DNA from: the human T2T-CHM13v2.0 reference genome, Homo sapiens
NCBI RefSeq assembly: GCF_009914755.1
Contig: NC_060938.1
Direction: 5' to 3' (one strand)
Length of the DNA stretch: 64,000 nucleotides
Of the stretch, positions 60,861-64,000 are shown piece by piece. Position 1 is the first letter of the stretch. Each line of letters begins with the position of its first letter. The translations under genes were made by a program, and so were the position numbers. The notes beneath the pieces were generated by a model. It did not search any database. It had not been told where the DNA came from and saw nothing but the letters and a program-made list of their open reading frames with translations.

Positions 60861-61419
60861 AATACTCATTGACTTAACTGTTTTACTTCATTGTACTCCC
60901 CTTCCTGAGCATTTTCCCTTAATTGCACTGAGATCCCTGAGGAGAATTTGAAAAAAAAAGAAAAAAGAAGTTAAATGAACAGAGAAACTTAATTGTACAA
61001 TTTTTAGAAAATTGCCATAGGCATGAAATGTATGTTTTCCAAAAGTAAAGCATACATTCATGCAAGTATTAAGGAGATTACTGTTACCATGCTTCACCAC
61101 TAAAAAAGTACTACGTAAACAAATATTTTTAGAAGATCTTATAAAGAAAGACAAAAAGGAATCAAAATTAAGTAAAATTAATCCTTGTGGTGTTAGAATT
61201 ATATTAAATGAAGTTATTTTACAGTATTTTGAAAGCAGCACTAAATAAAATGAGAAACATTATAATTTGTAATGTTCATTCCATATACTGAGATTGTTTG
61301 CTTTTAAATTTGGTCACATTGTCATGAGTTAATGACCTTTATGCTATGAAATCAAGTGGATAATATTTTAGGTATCAGCATTTTTTATCTATCATTGGCA
61401 TTCAATCTTATTATATAAT

Positions 61420-62130
61420 AATACTTCCTTGAAATAGTCAACTGTGACTCTGTGATTGTATACATCTTGGTTTTCATTCTATTTCTCTATTCTCTATTCG
61501 ATTTTCATTTTTTGCTCAACTCTACCATTAGGACTTAAAATATTTAAATTTTGTAGGTACTATTTTTATGTTGTTGCTGTTTTTGTCACATGGCCTCATT
61601 TACCCTCTGCAGCCTGTAATTTACAAATGTATTTCTCCACTCCAAGTATTCTCTCTGAATTTTCAACCCATGTATCCACTTGCTTGCTTAAAACCCTTTT
61701 TTGGATGTTTCCATGCAGCTCAAATGCAACATTTCCAAATCACCGTTAATGGTCTTCGCCTCAAATCTGTGAATGGTATCCTATGAAGTTGTGCAATATG
61801 ATATCTTCAGATCCCCCATCTCTGAATGTTCCCACCTGTGTGTGCAGCAAAGAGCCAAAGTTTAATCTTTGACATTTTCTTTCTTTCTCCCACATTCCAT
61901 TAGTTATTGTTCTGTCCCTGTATCGTATGTTTTCGTTGCCCTCTATACCTACCTTACATAAAACTTAATAGAGCATATAACTAATTATGTATTTTCTTGA
62001 TGATCTAATCAACAATAAACTTTCTCAGTAGTCTAAATTCTTCATGAAATCATAGACTATATTTTACTCACTATTATAGCCCTAGTATATAGCAATATTG
62101 TTATATGTGAGGTGCTTAATATATAATTTT
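61420..62130 (+). mobile_element. L2 relic
   Basis: 'caaatgtatttctcc...ctctctgaattttcaacccatgtatccacttgcttgct...ttggatgttt' plus 3' end near 62100. Confidence 0.6.
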
Positions 62131-64000
62131 CCAAGGTATTAATTAACTAATTATATAAATAAATTAAAAACATTTTATGAGAAAGTTTCTCAAATCCTTT
62201 TAAGATTATTTGAATATATTCATGTCTGAATATTTCAAGGTTTTTAAAAAATACTACAACACTTATTTGAGTAATCACTAATAAACAAATATTCAGTTTA
62301 ATGAGTTCAAATCTATTCCACGTAAGTGAGAAATAGACCAATTAAATAATAAAGCTCCTCATTTTAAATATTTTAATGTAGCAACAAATACTGAGTGGTG
62401 CTTAGAGACAATGCACATAGTCTTAGAAATTAAACACATTTAATAAATACCTGTTAAACAAAGACACAAATAAAATAACGAATAGCATTTTTTCATATAG
62501 ATCAAAGAAAATGTGAACCCAATTTCTGATCTGATCATTTTATGTAACACATTATCTATGAATATTTCCAATACATTATCTTGACCAATAAGATTAGGGA
62601 AGTCGGAAAGAATTCTACCACATTCTTTCCTTGTTCATATTATTCTGCTTAAGTTTTTAAAACTCTAAATAACATAGCATGTAAATAGCATTCTAATGTT
62701 GAACATAATCTGCCATAGCATGTTTTGAGCACATTGAAGCTTTATTTGGACAACTTTGATGAAAGCAGTTCTGAATTCATCTAAGCAATATAAGTATTAG
62801 AACATAGTACAACATATTTTTTTCTCAATCTTTCTTTCACTTCCATTTAGCTCAACAACCCATAAGCAGAGAGCAAATTTATAGATTATTGTATTTGTAA
62901 CAAAATGATAATCATATGCTAAAGGAAATGTCATTTATTAAAAGACAAGTACAGATACCTGCTCAGCTCTTTGTATGAATATCAGAAGACTCTTTGACAT
63001 CTTCCGTCCTGGTTGACGGGGAATATGTTTGCATTTAAATCACTATGTAAGTTTTGACTTGCAATATGAAGAGAAGCTATGATACACTGGAAAGGCATTT
63101 TATACAACCATTTTTATCACAGATTTTCTAACCATGTCTGACACATGGTAGGCATGTTTTATATCAAATCTCTATATTTATATGTATATATCTCTATTTA
63201 TGTCAATATTTATATTCATATGTATTTAATGAGCAAATATATTCTTACTGAAATGATATTTAAAACATAACTATAACTTCTAGTAAATTACAAACAGATT
63301 ATAATTAAATCCTTTCCAACATTATAACTGGATTTAAAGCAAATGAACACCAAAAATACTACAATATCAGAAGGAAAAAGTTCTGCATTATTTCAAGAGA
63401 GCAAATCCTACAAAATGTTTTATTTTAAGGTATTGTGATTATAGTCTTGGACAAAAGTGTTGTAATTAGGCATATAAAATAAGCAACTCTTTATGTAAGC
63501 GTATGCAATGTACCAGCAGGAGAAATAACTCTAGCTGAATAACAAATACCAAGAGCTGGTTTTCAATCATCAGCCAGGTCTCTTTTGTGCTCTCTGCAAT
63601 TAACAGAATAAATTTCTGAGCTTAGAATCATGGGACCACTGCCCAGAATTGAAAGTGCAACTGTGATCATGAATGTTACTTATTTCATAAAGAAATCAAA
63701 TTTCCTACCTCACTCTTATTAACAACCAGCTGTAGGCATTTAGACTCCAGGAGCTGGCATAATATTCTTAGAAACAAATTGAAAACAAAATGCTCCATTT
63801 TATTAACGTAAAGGACATCAAACCTATTAATATGTGTATAACCAAATGAGCATTTCAACAAGTATGTCAACAATTTGGTTTTGCTTTTATATTAAAAGTG
63901 CCAGTATGGCACAATGATATATAACCTGGCATAAGATGATTTGCCCCTGGGAAATAAAGTTCATAAAAGATAATTAGGCTCATTCTGTTTACTTCCAAAT

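Overview
AT-rich primate (human/great-ape-like) genomic DNA, intronic or intergenic, dominated by transposable elements. It contains a full-length but inactivated young L1 (L1PA2/L1PA3-short type, +, 42595-48642), an older near-full-length L1PA (-, ~5515-11615) and a 3' L1PA fragment with a nested AluY. It also holds ten Alus, several MaLR/ERVL solo LTRs (THE1, MST, MLT1, MER21, LTR16-like), DNA-transposon MITEs (MER2, MER20, Tigger2a, MADE1, MER5) and many MIR/L2/L1M relics. Almost all long ORFs in the track are L1 ORF1/ORF2 fragments, antisense shadows or Alu read-throughs. I recognise no protein-coding gene and see no evidence of a new multi-gene system. The most interesting signals are: (1) a complete AluY with neither A-tail nor TSD; (2) an open, extended L1 ORF0 carrying a private 12-nt G-rich insertion, whose splice donor is in frame with a downstream acceptor and ORF; (3) a clean 111-nt symmetric exon candidate at 49840-49950; (4) three short paired duplications 1-2.5 kb apart. 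Repeat subfamily calls are from memory of consensus sequences, and boundaries of old repeats are approximate.
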